A stretch of DNA of 64,000 nt from Candidatus Multivorans sp. (GTDB lineage: Bacteria > Acidobacteriota > Thermoanaerobaculia > Multivoradales > Multivoraceae), in the NCBI GenBank assembly GCA_965247095.1, contig OZ251997.1, forward strand, positions 4,387,689-4,451,688. Reading direction: 5' to 3'. A model generated the notes under the pieces. It searched no databases and was not told where the DNA came from. It worked only from the letters and a program-made list of their open reading frames with translations. The translations under genes were made by a program, and so were the position numbers. Position 1 is the first letter of the stretch. Every line of letters starts with the position of its first letter. Below are positions 9,332-20,090 of the stretch, piece by piece.

Positions 9332-10884
9332 CAGGCCAGCGGCACCGGCGCGGCGGTCAGCGGCGGGCCGACGCGTGCCGTTCGCCCGTAGCCCAGGTTG
9401 TGGAGCACGTCCTCGGTCGTATGCCCCGGCACGATGTCGCAGAGGAAGCCGCCGTTGTCGTCGTCGTCGATCAGGAGTTCGGTCGCTTCAGGGAGGACGC
9501 AGTGTTTGCTGCCGCGCACGCCGCCGAGCATCTCCTGGTAGGCGCCGACCGAGAAGAAGCCCACATGCAGCGGCGTCTCGCGTAGTTCGGAAGAGGTCAG
9601 GTCCGGGAGGAAGAGTGACACCGTGCTGCCGCGGGGTGGGTAGACGTCGTCGCGGTCGCAGGTGATGCCGCCCAGGCGCACACGGTGGAAGGGCCGGTCG
9701 AGGTGGTTGAGAGGCAGGCAGATGAAATGCTCGCCCAGGGCCCACGTGTCCGGGAAGGAGGTCATGATCGAGCCGTCGACCAGGTACCAGGGAAGCTCGG
9801 GGCTGTTCGGCTTGACCGAGATGACCCGGAACAGGTGGGCCGCGTGCTCGGACACGGTGTAGCGCCCGAACTCGCCGATCAGCGCCGGCGGCCTGGAGCC
9901 GTGGGCGGCGCAGCGTGCGGTCGCGGTCTCGAGCAGCCGGCGGGCGAAGAGGTCGTAGTCGAAGCTGCCGTCGAGTGTGGTCCTTCCGGGCACCCCGCCG
10001 CCGAAGTCGAAGAAGCGGAGTTCCCGGTGGTGGCGGCCGAGGCGAGCGTAGAGATCGAGCGCCGGTTCGAGAGCCGTGACGAACTCCTCCTCGTCGCTGC
10101 TTGCCGAACCGAACATCGCGTGCAGGAGGACGAAGCGCGTTGCGGGCGTCCGGTCGATCTCGGTTGCGAGGCGCTCGGCCTCGGCGGCATCGACGCCGAA
10201 ACGCGAGTCGCGATCGGCCAGCCGCGTACCGTCGAGCCGGGCGGCGGCGCCGGCCCTTGGGCCCCGCAGCCTGAGGCGGACTCCGATCTCGAAGGTCAGG
10301 CCGCTGCCGGCGAAGGTTTGAAGCTCGGAGGCGTCCTCGAGGATGGGGATCGTGCCGCGGTGTTCGCTCCGGAGCGCGACCAGGTTCTGCGCGTAGTCGC
10401 TGCCCGGGCCCTTGAACCCGTTCGCGAGCACGAGCCGATCTTCGGGCAGTTGGCCGGATCGGATCATGCGCCGGGCGATCTCGACGTCGACGTTCGACGA
10501 CATCTCGTGGTGAGCGCCGGCCGCCAGAGTCGAGCGGACGATCTCCTCGGCGGTGTTCGCCTTCGAGGCGAAGGCGAAGTGGAACGGGGCGGGGTAGCCG
10601 ACCAGGTCGATCGCACGGTCGAAGCAGCGTTCCATCGCCGTCACCTGGGCGCGGATGTTGGGCAGGAAGGCGATCTCGAGCGGACTGGGCATGGGAGTCG
10701 AGGGCAGGCCGGATGCCGGGACGCGTCCCGGCTCGAAGAAGGCAGCGAAGTCCAGCCCGTGCGCTCTCAGGCGGCCGCCCGCCGCTTCGAGGAAGTGGTT
10801 GAAGCGGTACCCGTCCGGAACCGGCGCCGGCGACTGCCAGCCGATCCTGCAAGGTACGGAAGGCGGCGCTTGACTGGAATCCAT
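9331..10884 (-). CDS. PLP-dependent decarboxylase, Orn/DAP/Arg decarboxylase fold (arginine-decarboxylase-like)
   Basis: 517-aa ORF. FAFASKANTAEEIV resembles the PLP-Lys region (the conserved K-A-N). The C-terminal GGITCDRDDVY resembles the substrate-binding C-D-x-x-D motif of this family. Its stop overlaps the ASPIC3 start by 1 nt. The family call is from motif memory only. Confidence 0.55.
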   Translation of the reverse strand: MDSSQAPPSVPCRIGWQSPAPVPDGYRFNHFLEAAGGRLRAHGLDFAAFFEPGRVPASGLPSTPMPSPLEIAFLPNIRAQVTAMERCFDRAIDLVGYPAPFHFAFASKANTAEEIVRSTLAAGAHHEMSSNVDVEIARRMIRSGQLPEDRLVLANGFKGPGSDYAQNLVALRSEHRGTIPILEDASELQTFAGSGLTFEIGVRLRLRGPRAGAAARLDGTRLADRDSRFGVDAAEAERLATEIDRTPATRFVLLHAMFGSASSDEEEFVTALEPALDLYARLGRHHRELRFFDFGGGVPGRTTLDGSFDYDLFARRLLETATARCAAHGSRPPALIGEFGRYTVSEHAAHLFRVISVKPNSPELPWYLVDGSIMTSFPDTWALGEHFICLPLNHLDRPFHRVRLGGITCDRDDVYPPRGSTVSLFLPDLTSSELRETPLHVGFFSVGAYQEMLGGVRGSKHCVLPEATELLIDDDDNGGFLCDIVPGHTTEDVLHNLGYGRTARVGPPLTAAPVPLA

Positions 10885-10972
10885 GGCGGCACCCGTGTCG
10901 GGTTGTTCATTCTACCGGCGGGTTGGGTGGTTCCCGAACGGCCGTCTCAGCGGCATGAGGCCCGCAGCCGCT

Positions 10973-11404
10973 TCAGCGCAGCCGTTGGTCGAACCGGAAC
11001 GTCCGAATCTCGCCGGGCTCTACCGCGCCGAACCTTCGGTGCAGCGGGTTGATCACGATGTTCCGCTCCAGCGGATTCACCACGCTGGGCACGGCGAAGG
11101 CGAGATGTTCCTTCAGTGCTGCCGCGCCGGCTTTCTGGCCGTTTCGAGCGCCTTCGCCAACGGGCAGTTCGACTACGTCGTCGTCCGGGATCGTCACGTC
11201 CAGGATCCCGAAGGTGGGGGAGTCCGAGATGTCCTCGATACGCGCCAGCATCTCGAGCATGGCCAGGGAGGACGTCTCACTGCAGTAGACGACGGGCATC
11301 CCAAGCGGGTTCCAACGGCCTCCGCTGAGGGCGGCGCCCATGCCGCTCAACATGGTGGGCGGGTCGGTTGCATGGGCGGTCTTGGCGACTCTCCAAACCC
11401 TCAT
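10973..11404 (-). CDS. RES-domain toxin (RES-Xre type II TA)
   Basis: 143 aa with the R...E...S signature spread through GGRWN ... YCSETSSLAMLE. Confidence 0.75.
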   Translation of the reverse strand: MRVWRVAKTAHATDPPTMLSGMGAALSGGRWNPLGMPVVYCSETSSLAMLEMLARIEDISDSPTFGILDVTIPDDDVVELPVGEGARNGQKAGAAALKEHLAFAVPSVVNPLERNIVINPLHRRFGAVEPGEIRTFRFDQRLR

Positions 11405-11412
11405 CGACGACG

Positions 11413-11814
11413 TCAGAGCGGGATGCCGTGCTCGATGCGGTGCAGGAGCACGACGACATCGTTGGCGCCGGTGACGGTATCGGCGCGTTCCAGGGGTGTT
11501 TCTCCGTCAAGCCCGATGTTGGGGCGCTTCATCCACCGCAGAGCCGCTTGGTGCTTGCCGTCGAAGAAATCCAGCGCCTTGTTGTACGCCTTGGCGACCG
11601 CGACGACCCGGTCGGCTTCGTGGCGTTTCAGTGCTCCGCTCTGCAGTCGGCGCAGCATGGTCTGGCGCGGGATGCCGACGATGCCCGCCAGTTCGATGTC
11701 CGATACTTCCAGCGCGGTCTTCAGTTCGCGCAGCAGGCCTGCGGAGCACGATCCCCCCCGAATCTCGTCGATGGCGGGGAGACTAAGCTCCTCACGAGTG
11801 TCTCGACTGTTCAT
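11413..11814 (-). CDS. Xre-like antitoxin with DUF2384 (MbcA/ParS-like), partner of the RES toxin
   Basis: The real start is the internal ATG at ~11812-11814 (MNSRDTREELSLPAIDEIRG...). The listed ORF extends upstream into an Arg/Ala-rich stretch that overlaps the divergent glycerate kinase gene. The C-terminal ...LDGETPLERADTVTGANDVVVLLHRIEHGIPL is typical of RES-antitoxin partners. It sits 9 nt upstream of the RES gene. Confidence 0.75.
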   Translation of the reverse strand: MNSRDTREELSLPAIDEIRGGSCSAGLLRELKTALEVSDIELAGIVGIPRQTMLRRLQSGALKRHEADRVVAVAKAYNKALDFFDGKHQAALRWMKRPNIGLDGETPLERADTVTGANDVVVLLHRIEHGIPL

Positions 11815-11911
11815 TCGGTGTCTCCGGCAAGTCCGATCTGGTGCAATGGAAAGTACCAAATGAGTAGTCGGCGCGCAAGGACTTTGGCGGCTCTCGCCGT
11901 ATCCTTGGCGC

Positions 11912-13198
11912 GTGATCGAGGCATTCCGACAGCGTGCGGAGGAGATCTTCCTCGCGGGCGTGGCGGCGGCCGACCCGGTGGCGTCGACCGCTTCGGCGCT
12001 CGGCGCACTCGATCTGCGCGTGGCGGCGGGTGGCCGCACAGCCGTGCTGGCGGTCGGAAAGGCCGCGTTCGGCATGGCGGAGGCGGCGGTGCAGGCCCTC
12101 GGGGACAGGGTCCGGCCGTCCGACGTGCTGCTCGTGACGCACGACGAGGCAGTGGGGCCGGCGGGGTTCGGGGCGCTCCGTTCGGGACACCCGCTGCCGG
12201 ACGAGCGCGGTTTTGCCGCGGCAAGGGAGTTCGAGCGGCGCGCCGCGGCGCTCGGCGAGGAAGACCTGGCGCTGGTGCTGATCTCGGGCGGAGCTTCGGC
12301 TCTGCTGCCGGCGCCCGCACCGGGTATCGGGCTTGAAGAGAAGCTGGAGGTGACCCGTCAGTTGCTCCGCGGCGGCGCCACGATCCACGAACTGAACGCG
12401 GTGCGCAAGCATCTTTCAACGACCAAGGGCGGTGGTCTGTTGCGCCAACTGCGGCCGGCGCGGGTGATCACACTCGCCCTCTCGGACGTGATCGACGACG
12501 ACCCGTCGGTGATCGGCAGCGGGCCGACGGCGCCCGATCCGAGCACCTTCGCGGATGCATACGGCGTGCTTGAGCGTTGCGGCGTGGCGCGGTCGTGCCC
12601 GGCGGCGGTTCGAACCCGGTTCGAGGCGGGAATCAGCGGCGACCTCGAAGAGACGCCCAAGCCCCGAGACCCCGTCTTCGACGGCGCGATCTACCGGATC
12701 GTCGGCGGCAACCGGACCAGCGTCCGGGCGATGGCCGCGGCGAGCGGTTCGGCCGTCGAGATCGAACCGGCGCCCCTGGAGGGCGAAGCGCGCGAGGTCG
12801 GTGCGGCGCTCGCGAAACGCTTTGCCGCGTGTCCTCCGCCCGTCTACATCGCCGGCGGCGAGACGACGGTCACTGTCCGAGGCGGCGGCAGGGGCGGCCG
12901 CAACCAGGAGCTTGCGCTGGCCTTCGCCCTCGAGACAGCCAAGGGTTCGCTGGCCGACCGTGACGACTGGGTGTTCCTCGTCGCCGGCACCGATGGCCGC
13001 GACGGCCCCACTGACGCCGCCGGCGGCATCGTGGACGCCTCGACCGCGGCCCGCATCCAAAGGGCCGGCGTCGACCCGATCGCCGCGATCGACGACAACG
13101 ACTCCTACCGTGCCCTCGATGCTGCCAACGCGTTGCTTCGCACCGGCGCGACGGGCACCAACGTCGCCGATGTGGTTGTGTTCTTGTCAGGTCTGTGA
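11912..13198 (+). CDS. Glycerate 2-kinase (MOFRL family, GckA/TtuD-like)
   Basis: 428 aa with an N-terminal DUF4147-like region and a C-terminal MOFRL motif (GGETTVTVRGGGRGGRNQELALAFA). Confidence 0.85.
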   Translation: MIEAFRQRAEEIFLAGVAAADPVASTASALGALDLRVAAGGRTAVLAVGKAAFGMAEAAVQALGDRVRPSDVLLVTHDEAVGPAGFGALRSGHPLPDERGFAAAREFERRAAALGEEDLALVLISGGASALLPAPAPGIGLEEKLEVTRQLLRGGATIHELNAVRKHLSTTKGGGLLRQLRPARVITLALSDVIDDDPSVIGSGPTAPDPSTFADAYGVLERCGVARSCPAAVRTRFEAGISGDLEETPKPRDPVFDGAIYRIVGGNRTSVRAMAAASGSAVEIEPAPLEGEAREVGAALAKRFAACPPPVYIAGGETTVTVRGGGRGGRNQELALAFALETAKGSLADRDDWVFLVAGTDGRDGPTDAAGGIVDASTAARIQRAGVDPIAAIDDNDSYRALDAANALLRTGATGTNVADVVVFLSGL

Positions 13199-13241
13199 CA
13201 TACGCTGGGTGCTTTGAGGGCACGTTCTGGAGGGCACTGAA

Positions 13242-16200
13242 GTGGAGAGTAGGAACGTGGCGGGCTGTGCCGGTTCGGATTCGAGAGGGCCTTTCGCCCC
13301 TCTCCTCTGGTTGGGGCTTGTCGGCTGTTCGTTGGCGATGTTCCTACCGGTGGCGCCCGCGGGCGGCATCGTCTACGTCGCGCCCGGTGACGACGTGATG
13401 GTGGACCGGACACCGATCATCGTGTTCGGTGAAGTGCGGTCCGTGATGGCGGCCCCCGGGGCGTGGCGACCCTCCACGGACGCTTTCTTCGAGGTGGAGG
13501 AAGTGTTGAAGGGGAACGTCGCCGGCGGCACGATCGTTGTCCGGCAACCCGGGGGTGTCAGCGCGGACGGCGTGGTCTCGGGCATCTTCGGCCTGCCGAT
13601 GATGGCGGCTGGCGACCGGATGCTGCTCTTCCTCGAGGAGATTCCGGATACCGGCGCCGTCGCCGCCTACCGCACGGTGGATTTGTCTCTGGGCATGTTC
13701 TTCGAGGTACGGTCGGCCGCGGGCAATCTGCTTGTGCGCGAGGCGGCGCTTCATGAGGCGGCGCCGGCGTCGAACGGTGAGGCGGATTCCGAGCCGGTGA
13801 GCCGGCAATTCCGGAGTAGCGATGACTTTCGCCGCTGGATCGGTGACCGCGTGGGCGGCGTGGAGCGAGAGGTGGACTACTTCACCGCGGCCGTTCCAGC
13901 CGACGGGCCGGTCTCCCGGATCTCGCCCTACCGGTTGATCAAGTCTCCCTCTGTATGCGACGCATCCAACCTGCCGCTTCGGTGGCAGCAGTTCGATCGT
14001 GGACGGAGCGTCGGGTTCACGATCCAGGCCGAAGGGCAGGTCGGTGTCCCGGGCAGAGGAATCGCCGAGGTAGCGCGCGCGATGCGTGCCTGGAACGACG
14101 ATCCGGAGAGCCGCGTTCAGCTCGTGAATCTGGGCACCACGAACAAGAAGGCCGAGATCGCCCGAAGCGACGGTGTCAACTCGATCCTCTTCGAGGATCC
14201 GCACGACGAGATTCGGGGCTACTTTCCCTCGACCTCAGGCATCCTGGCCATCACCCGTTACCGCTTCTTGTGCTCGGAGACGAACCGCCACAAGATCCCC
14301 GGCAACAGGTGGCAGGAGGCGTTGCCGCTCCTTGAGACCGACATCCTGACCCAGGACGGTTACGGCCAGGGCTGGGCGGCCCGGACCCTCAACGCCGGCA
14401 AGGTGCATGAGTACGTGATGGCTCATGAGTTGGGCCATGCCATCGGCCTCGCTCATTCCTGCGCCCAGGGGTTTGCCGATACATGCAGCGCCCTGACCGC
14501 CGATTCCCTGATGCAAGCGATCGCGAGCGGCAAGCGGATCTACCGCGGTGGCGCGCCCAACGCCGACGATCTGGCGGCCGTGCGCTTTCTCTACCCAGCG
14601 CATGGCGGACCTGCCAGTCCGTCCGATCTGACTGCCAAGACGGTCGATCAGCACAGCGTAGAACTTGCCTGGAAGGACAACTCGAACGACGAAACGGCGT
14701 TCGACATCTTCGAGCGTCCCATCAACGAGAAGGACTTCAAGCTGATCGCCAGTGTCGGGAGCAACACGACCTCCTTTGTCGTCGAAGGACTGCCGGCGGC
14801 GACCTATCGCTCCTACCGGGTGGCCTCCAGCAATGCCGGTGGACGGTCCTCGGCTACCAACGAAGCCAGCGCGGTGACGCTCGGCGAGGTGCGGGCATGC
14901 GCCGAGGATGACCAGACTCTGTGCCTGAACGAAGGCAGGTTCCAGGTCACCGCGGAGTGGGCGACCGCGGGCGGCGGCGCCGGCGGGGGCGTCGCCGTGC
15001 CGCTGACCGCGGACACCGGCGCCTTCTGGTTCTTCGATTCAGCCAACGTGGAGATGGTCGTCAAGGTGCTCGACGGCTGCGGTCTGAACGACCACTTCTG
15101 GGTGTTCGCCGGTGGCTTGACCGACACCCAGACCGGCGCGACGCGCACCTACGCCAACCGCCTCGGTAGCCCGTTTCGGCCCGTGAAGGACACCACCTCC
15201 TTCTCGTGTACTGCCACGGATGACCACGGCGATTCCCGTGCGGAGGCGACCGACATTCCGCTGGAAGACTCGTGGGCCGGCTTCCTGGGGGCCGGCGACA
15301 CCGACTTCTTCATCTTCCGGGTTCCCCGCGCCGGCAGGGTGCAACTCCGCACAACGGGTACGACCGATACCGAAGGTGTGCTGATGAACGCTGCCGGATC
15401 GGTCCTGGCCAGCGACTCGGACTCCGGCGCCGAGAAGAACTTCCGATTGACCGTCCCGGTGGGGCCGGGGACGTACTACGCACGCGTGACCGCCGCGGAT
15501 GTCGAAACGACCGGCGTCTACACGTTGCACACGGGGTTCTCGGCCACGACCGTCATCTCCAGGCGGGACCGCGACGCGCTGATCGCGCTCTATCGGGCGA
15601 CCGATGGCGACAACTGGACCGACAAGGAGAACTGGCTGAGCAACCGCCCGCTCGACGAGTGGTACGGCGTGACCATCAGCTCGGGCGGCCGCGTGACCTG
15701 GGTCGACCTGAGCGAGAACGGGCTCAGAGGTGAGGTTCCGGCGGCGCTCGGCGATCTGGATCGACTCCGGGTGCTCGTACTGAGCGGGAACCAGTTGACT
15801 GGGGCCGATCCCCCGCGAGGTCGGCAATCTCCGCGACCTTGTGTGGCTGTTCGTGCAGTCGAACGAGTTGACAGGCGAGCTTCCGCGGGAGCTGGGCCGC
15901 CTCTCCAACCTGGTCTACCTGTACGTGTACTCGAACCGACTGACCGGCGAGATTCCAGCGGAGCTGGGGCGCCTCCCCAACCTGGCGTACCTGCGACTGG
16001 GCTTCAATGAACTGACCGGCGGCATTCCCGGCTCGTTCCGCAACTTGAGCAGGCTGAACCTGCTGGGGGTGCGAGGCAATCGGTTGACCGGCGAGATCCC
16101 TTCCTGGCTGGGCGAACTGAGGGACATGAGGCGGCTCTGGCTCGGGGACAACGAGTTCTCTGGCGGCATTCCGCCGGCGCTCGGCAATCTGACCGACCTG

Positions 16201-16449
16201 GTGGCGCTGCGTTTGTGGTTCAACAACTTGACCGGTCCGGTGCCGCCCGAGCTCGGTCGTCTCACGGCGTTGACGGAAATCTACATCCACGGCACAGAGC
16301 TCTCGGGCCCCCTCCCGGACGAACTGCTCGACATCGGTGAACTCGCGGCGTTCTGGTTCCATGGCAGCAGCCTGTGCGCTCCGGCAACCGCCGAGTTCGA
16401 CGAGTGGCTCGACGGCATCGAAGACTGGCGGGGCGACCGCTGCGAGTAG
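13242..16449 (+). CDS. Secreted metzincin-type zinc metalloprotease + fibronectin-III domain + C-terminal plant-type leucine-rich repeats; +1 frameshift near 15801-15804
   Basis: ORF 13242..16010 contains HELGHAIGLAHS (HExxHxxGxxH zinc site), an FN3-like segment (PSDLTAKTVDQHSVELAWKDNSND...YRSYRVASSNAGG) and the start of the LRRs (LSENGLRGEVPAALGDLDRLRVLVLSGNQLTG). ORF 15841..16449 continues with ~10 more LxxLxxLxLxxNxLTGxIPxxLG repeats in another frame. The G-run gggg at 15801-15804 has one extra G relative to the frame that would read ...TGPIPREVGNLRDLVWLFVQSNELTG. Confidence 0.7.
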
Positions 16450-16490
16450 GAGCTTGCGCGGCGGAAACCCGCGTCGTGCCGAGTTCCGGC

Positions 16491-16524
16491 CCCCTGGGAA
16501 CGCGGGCATCCTGCCCGCATCTGG
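16491..16524. repeat. REP-like palindromic element, type A copy, plus orientation
   Basis: cccctgggaacgcgggcatcctgcccgcatctgg, immediately downstream of the eno stop. Stem GCGGGCA/TGCCCGC. Confidence 0.7.
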
Positions 16525-16534
16525 CGCTCAGGGG

Positions 16535-17920
<1,386 letters not shown>

Positions 17921-17926
17921 CTACTA

Positions 17927-17960
17927 CCGGATGCGGGCAGGATGCCCGCGTTCCCAGGGG
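17927..17960. repeat. REP-like palindromic element, type A copy, inverted relative to 16491-16524
   Basis: ccggatgcgggcaggatgcccgcgttcccagggg, in the eno upstream region. Confidence 0.7.
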
Positions 17961-18014
17961 TGTCGCGGCCGCCGGCGCAGTAAGATGCGCCGGTTCCAAG
18001 AGAGGGGATTGCGC

Positions 18015-20036
18015 ATGTCCAGGGCGGCGAATGGTCTTGTTCTTGTGCTGTTCGTGTCCGTCGCCGTGCCGGCGACAGCCCAACGCGGCACGGAAGGCGG
18101 GGAGTGGCCGCACTACGCCGGCGACAGCGGCGCCACGAAGTACTCGCCCCTGGATCAGATCGACGCCGAGAACTTCGCGCAGTTGGAGATCGCCTGGAGC
18201 TGGGAGTCGGCCGACGCCCTGCTGAAGGACAAGACCGACCTGGTGCCGGGGCACTACCGGGGCACGCCGCTGATGATCGAGGGCGTCGTCTACATGTCGA
18301 CCGGCCTGGGTCAGGTGGCGGCGCTCGATCCGGCCACCGGCGAGACGCTGTGGCGGCACGATCCCCGGGACTGGGAGGTCGATCAACGACGCGGGCTGAT
18401 GCAGAACCGGGGCCTCGAGTACTGGAGCGACGGCGAGGCGGCACGCATCCTGGTCGCGGCCCGAGGCGGGCGGCTGGTCTCGATCGATACGAAGACGGGC
18501 AAGCCCGACGCGGATTTCGGCGAGGAGGGCGTCGTCGACCTGATGCAGGGTCTACTGCCCGGACGCGCGAACCGAAACATGAACTGGACCGCGCCGGTGA
18601 CCGTGGTTGCCGACACCATCGTCGTCGGCGGGACGATCTTCGACTTCCCGCTGCGCAACACGAATCCGCCGGGGGACATCCGCGGCTTCGACATCAGGAC
18701 CGGCGAGCTGAAGTGGACGTTCCACAGCGTGCCCCGGGAGGGCGAGCCCTACATCGAGACCTGGGAGAACGAGTCCTGGAGGAAGATGGGCAACACGAAC
18801 GTCTGGTCGATGATGAGCGCCGACCAGGAACTCGGCTACGTCTACATGCCCTTCGGCACGCCGACCAACGACTACTACGGCGGCGAGCGGCACGGCGACA
18901 ACGTGTACGCCGAGTCGGTCGTCTGCCTCGATGCGCGCACCGGCGAGGTCGTCTGGCACTTCCAGACCATCCACCACGGCGTCTGGGACTACGACCTGGC
19001 TTCGGCGCCGAACCTGATCGACATCACGGTCGACGGCAAGGACATCAAGGCGGTCGCGGTGGTCTCCAAGGCCGGCATGACCTACGTCTTCGACCGGGCC
19101 ACGGGGGAACACGTCTGGCCGATCGTCGAAGCGCCGGTCAACTACCACTCCCAGGTGCCGGGCGAGAAGCTGTCGCGCACCCAGCCGTTCACCACCCGGC
19201 CGCGGCCGTTCGAGACCCTCGGCATCGACTACGAGGACCTGATCGACTTCACGCCGGAGCTGCGGGCCGAGGCGCTGAAGGTGATCCGGGACTACGTGAT
19301 CGGCCCGCTCTTCACGCCGCCGATCATCCACGGCGAGGACGGCAAGCGCGCCTACCTCCAGAACCCGGGCCCCGGCGGCGGCGCGAACTGGACCGGCGCG
19401 TCCTACGACCCGGAGACCGACATCCTCTACGTGCCTTCGCTGACCCGGCCCGGGGCGATCTCGCTCTCGGCGCCCGACGCGGCGCGCTCGGACTGGCGGT
19501 ACGTCATCAACCGTCGCGCCATGCCCCTGGTGCAGGGCCTGCCCCTGCTCAAGCCGCCGTACCGCCGGATCACCGCGATCGACATGAACCGCGGCGAGAT
19601 CGTGTGGCAGGCGCCGCTCGGGGACGGCCCGCGCAACCACCCGGCGATCAGGCATCTGAACCTGGGCCGCCTGGGCACGCCGCCGCAGGACGGGGTCGTC
19701 ACCGAGGGCGGCGTGCTGGTGACCAGGACGCTGGTCGTCTCCATTGAGCCGATCCTCGACGAACTGGGCGACCGGGCGGCCACCGGCAGCTACCTCGACG
19801 CCTTCGACAAGGCGACCGGGGCACTGCTGGCCCAGGTCGAGGTCGACCGCGCCCTCCACAGCTCGCCGATGACCTACATGCACGAGGGCCGCCAGTACAT
19901 CCTCGTCGCCAGCGGCGGCGAGAGCCCGGGCCCCGGCGTACCCGTCGAAGCCACGGCCGCCGTCGACGCAGCGCCGCGGCCCAAGCGCCAGCCCCCACGC
20001 AAATCCGAACTGCTCGCCTTCGCGTTGCCTGAATAG
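18015..20036 (+). CDS. PQQ-dependent (quinoprotein) dehydrogenase, 8-bladed beta-propeller, secreted
   Basis: The listed ORF starts at 17706, but the upstream part is Arg-rich and overlaps the REP. The ATG at 18015 gives MSRAANGLVLVLFVSVAVPATAQ (signal peptide) then EWPHYAGDSGATKYSPLDQI, repeated W-containing propeller motifs and GGGANW. Paralog of 59411..61480. Confidence 0.75.
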   Translation: MSRAANGLVLVLFVSVAVPATAQRGTEGGEWPHYAGDSGATKYSPLDQIDAENFAQLEIAWSWESADALLKDKTDLVPGHYRGTPLMIEGVVYMSTGLGQVAALDPATGETLWRHDPRDWEVDQRRGLMQNRGLEYWSDGEAARILVAARGGRLVSIDTKTGKPDADFGEEGVVDLMQGLLPGRANRNMNWTAPVTVVADTIVVGGTIFDFPLRNTNPPGDIRGFDIRTGELKWTFHSVPREGEPYIETWENESWRKMGNTNVWSMMSADQELGYVYMPFGTPTNDYYGGERHGDNVYAESVVCLDARTGEVVWHFQTIHHGVWDYDLASAPNLIDITVDGKDIKAVAVVSKAGMTYVFDRATGEHVWPIVEAPVNYHSQVPGEKLSRTQPFTTRPRPFETLGIDYEDLIDFTPELRAEALKVIRDYVIGPLFTPPIIHGEDGKRAYLQNPGPGGGANWTGASYDPETDILYVPSLTRPGAISLSAPDAARSDWRYVINRRAMPLVQGLPLLKPPYRRITAIDMNRGEIVWQAPLGDGPRNHPAIRHLNLGRLGTPPQDGVVTEGGVLVTRTLVVSIEPILDELGDRAATGSYLDAFDKATGALLAQVEVDRALHSSPMTYMHEGRQYILVASGGESPGPGVPVEATAAVDAAPRPKRQPPRKSELLAFALPE

Positions 20037-20090
20037 CGTCGCCGGAGTCGGAGTCGACGACGGCGGCGTGGCGCGGTTGTGCCGCCGGCG

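Noticed and set aside
9685-11052. 455-aa plus-strand ORF
   Set aside because: Antisense to the PLP decarboxylase gene. Glu/Arg/Gly-rich low complexity.
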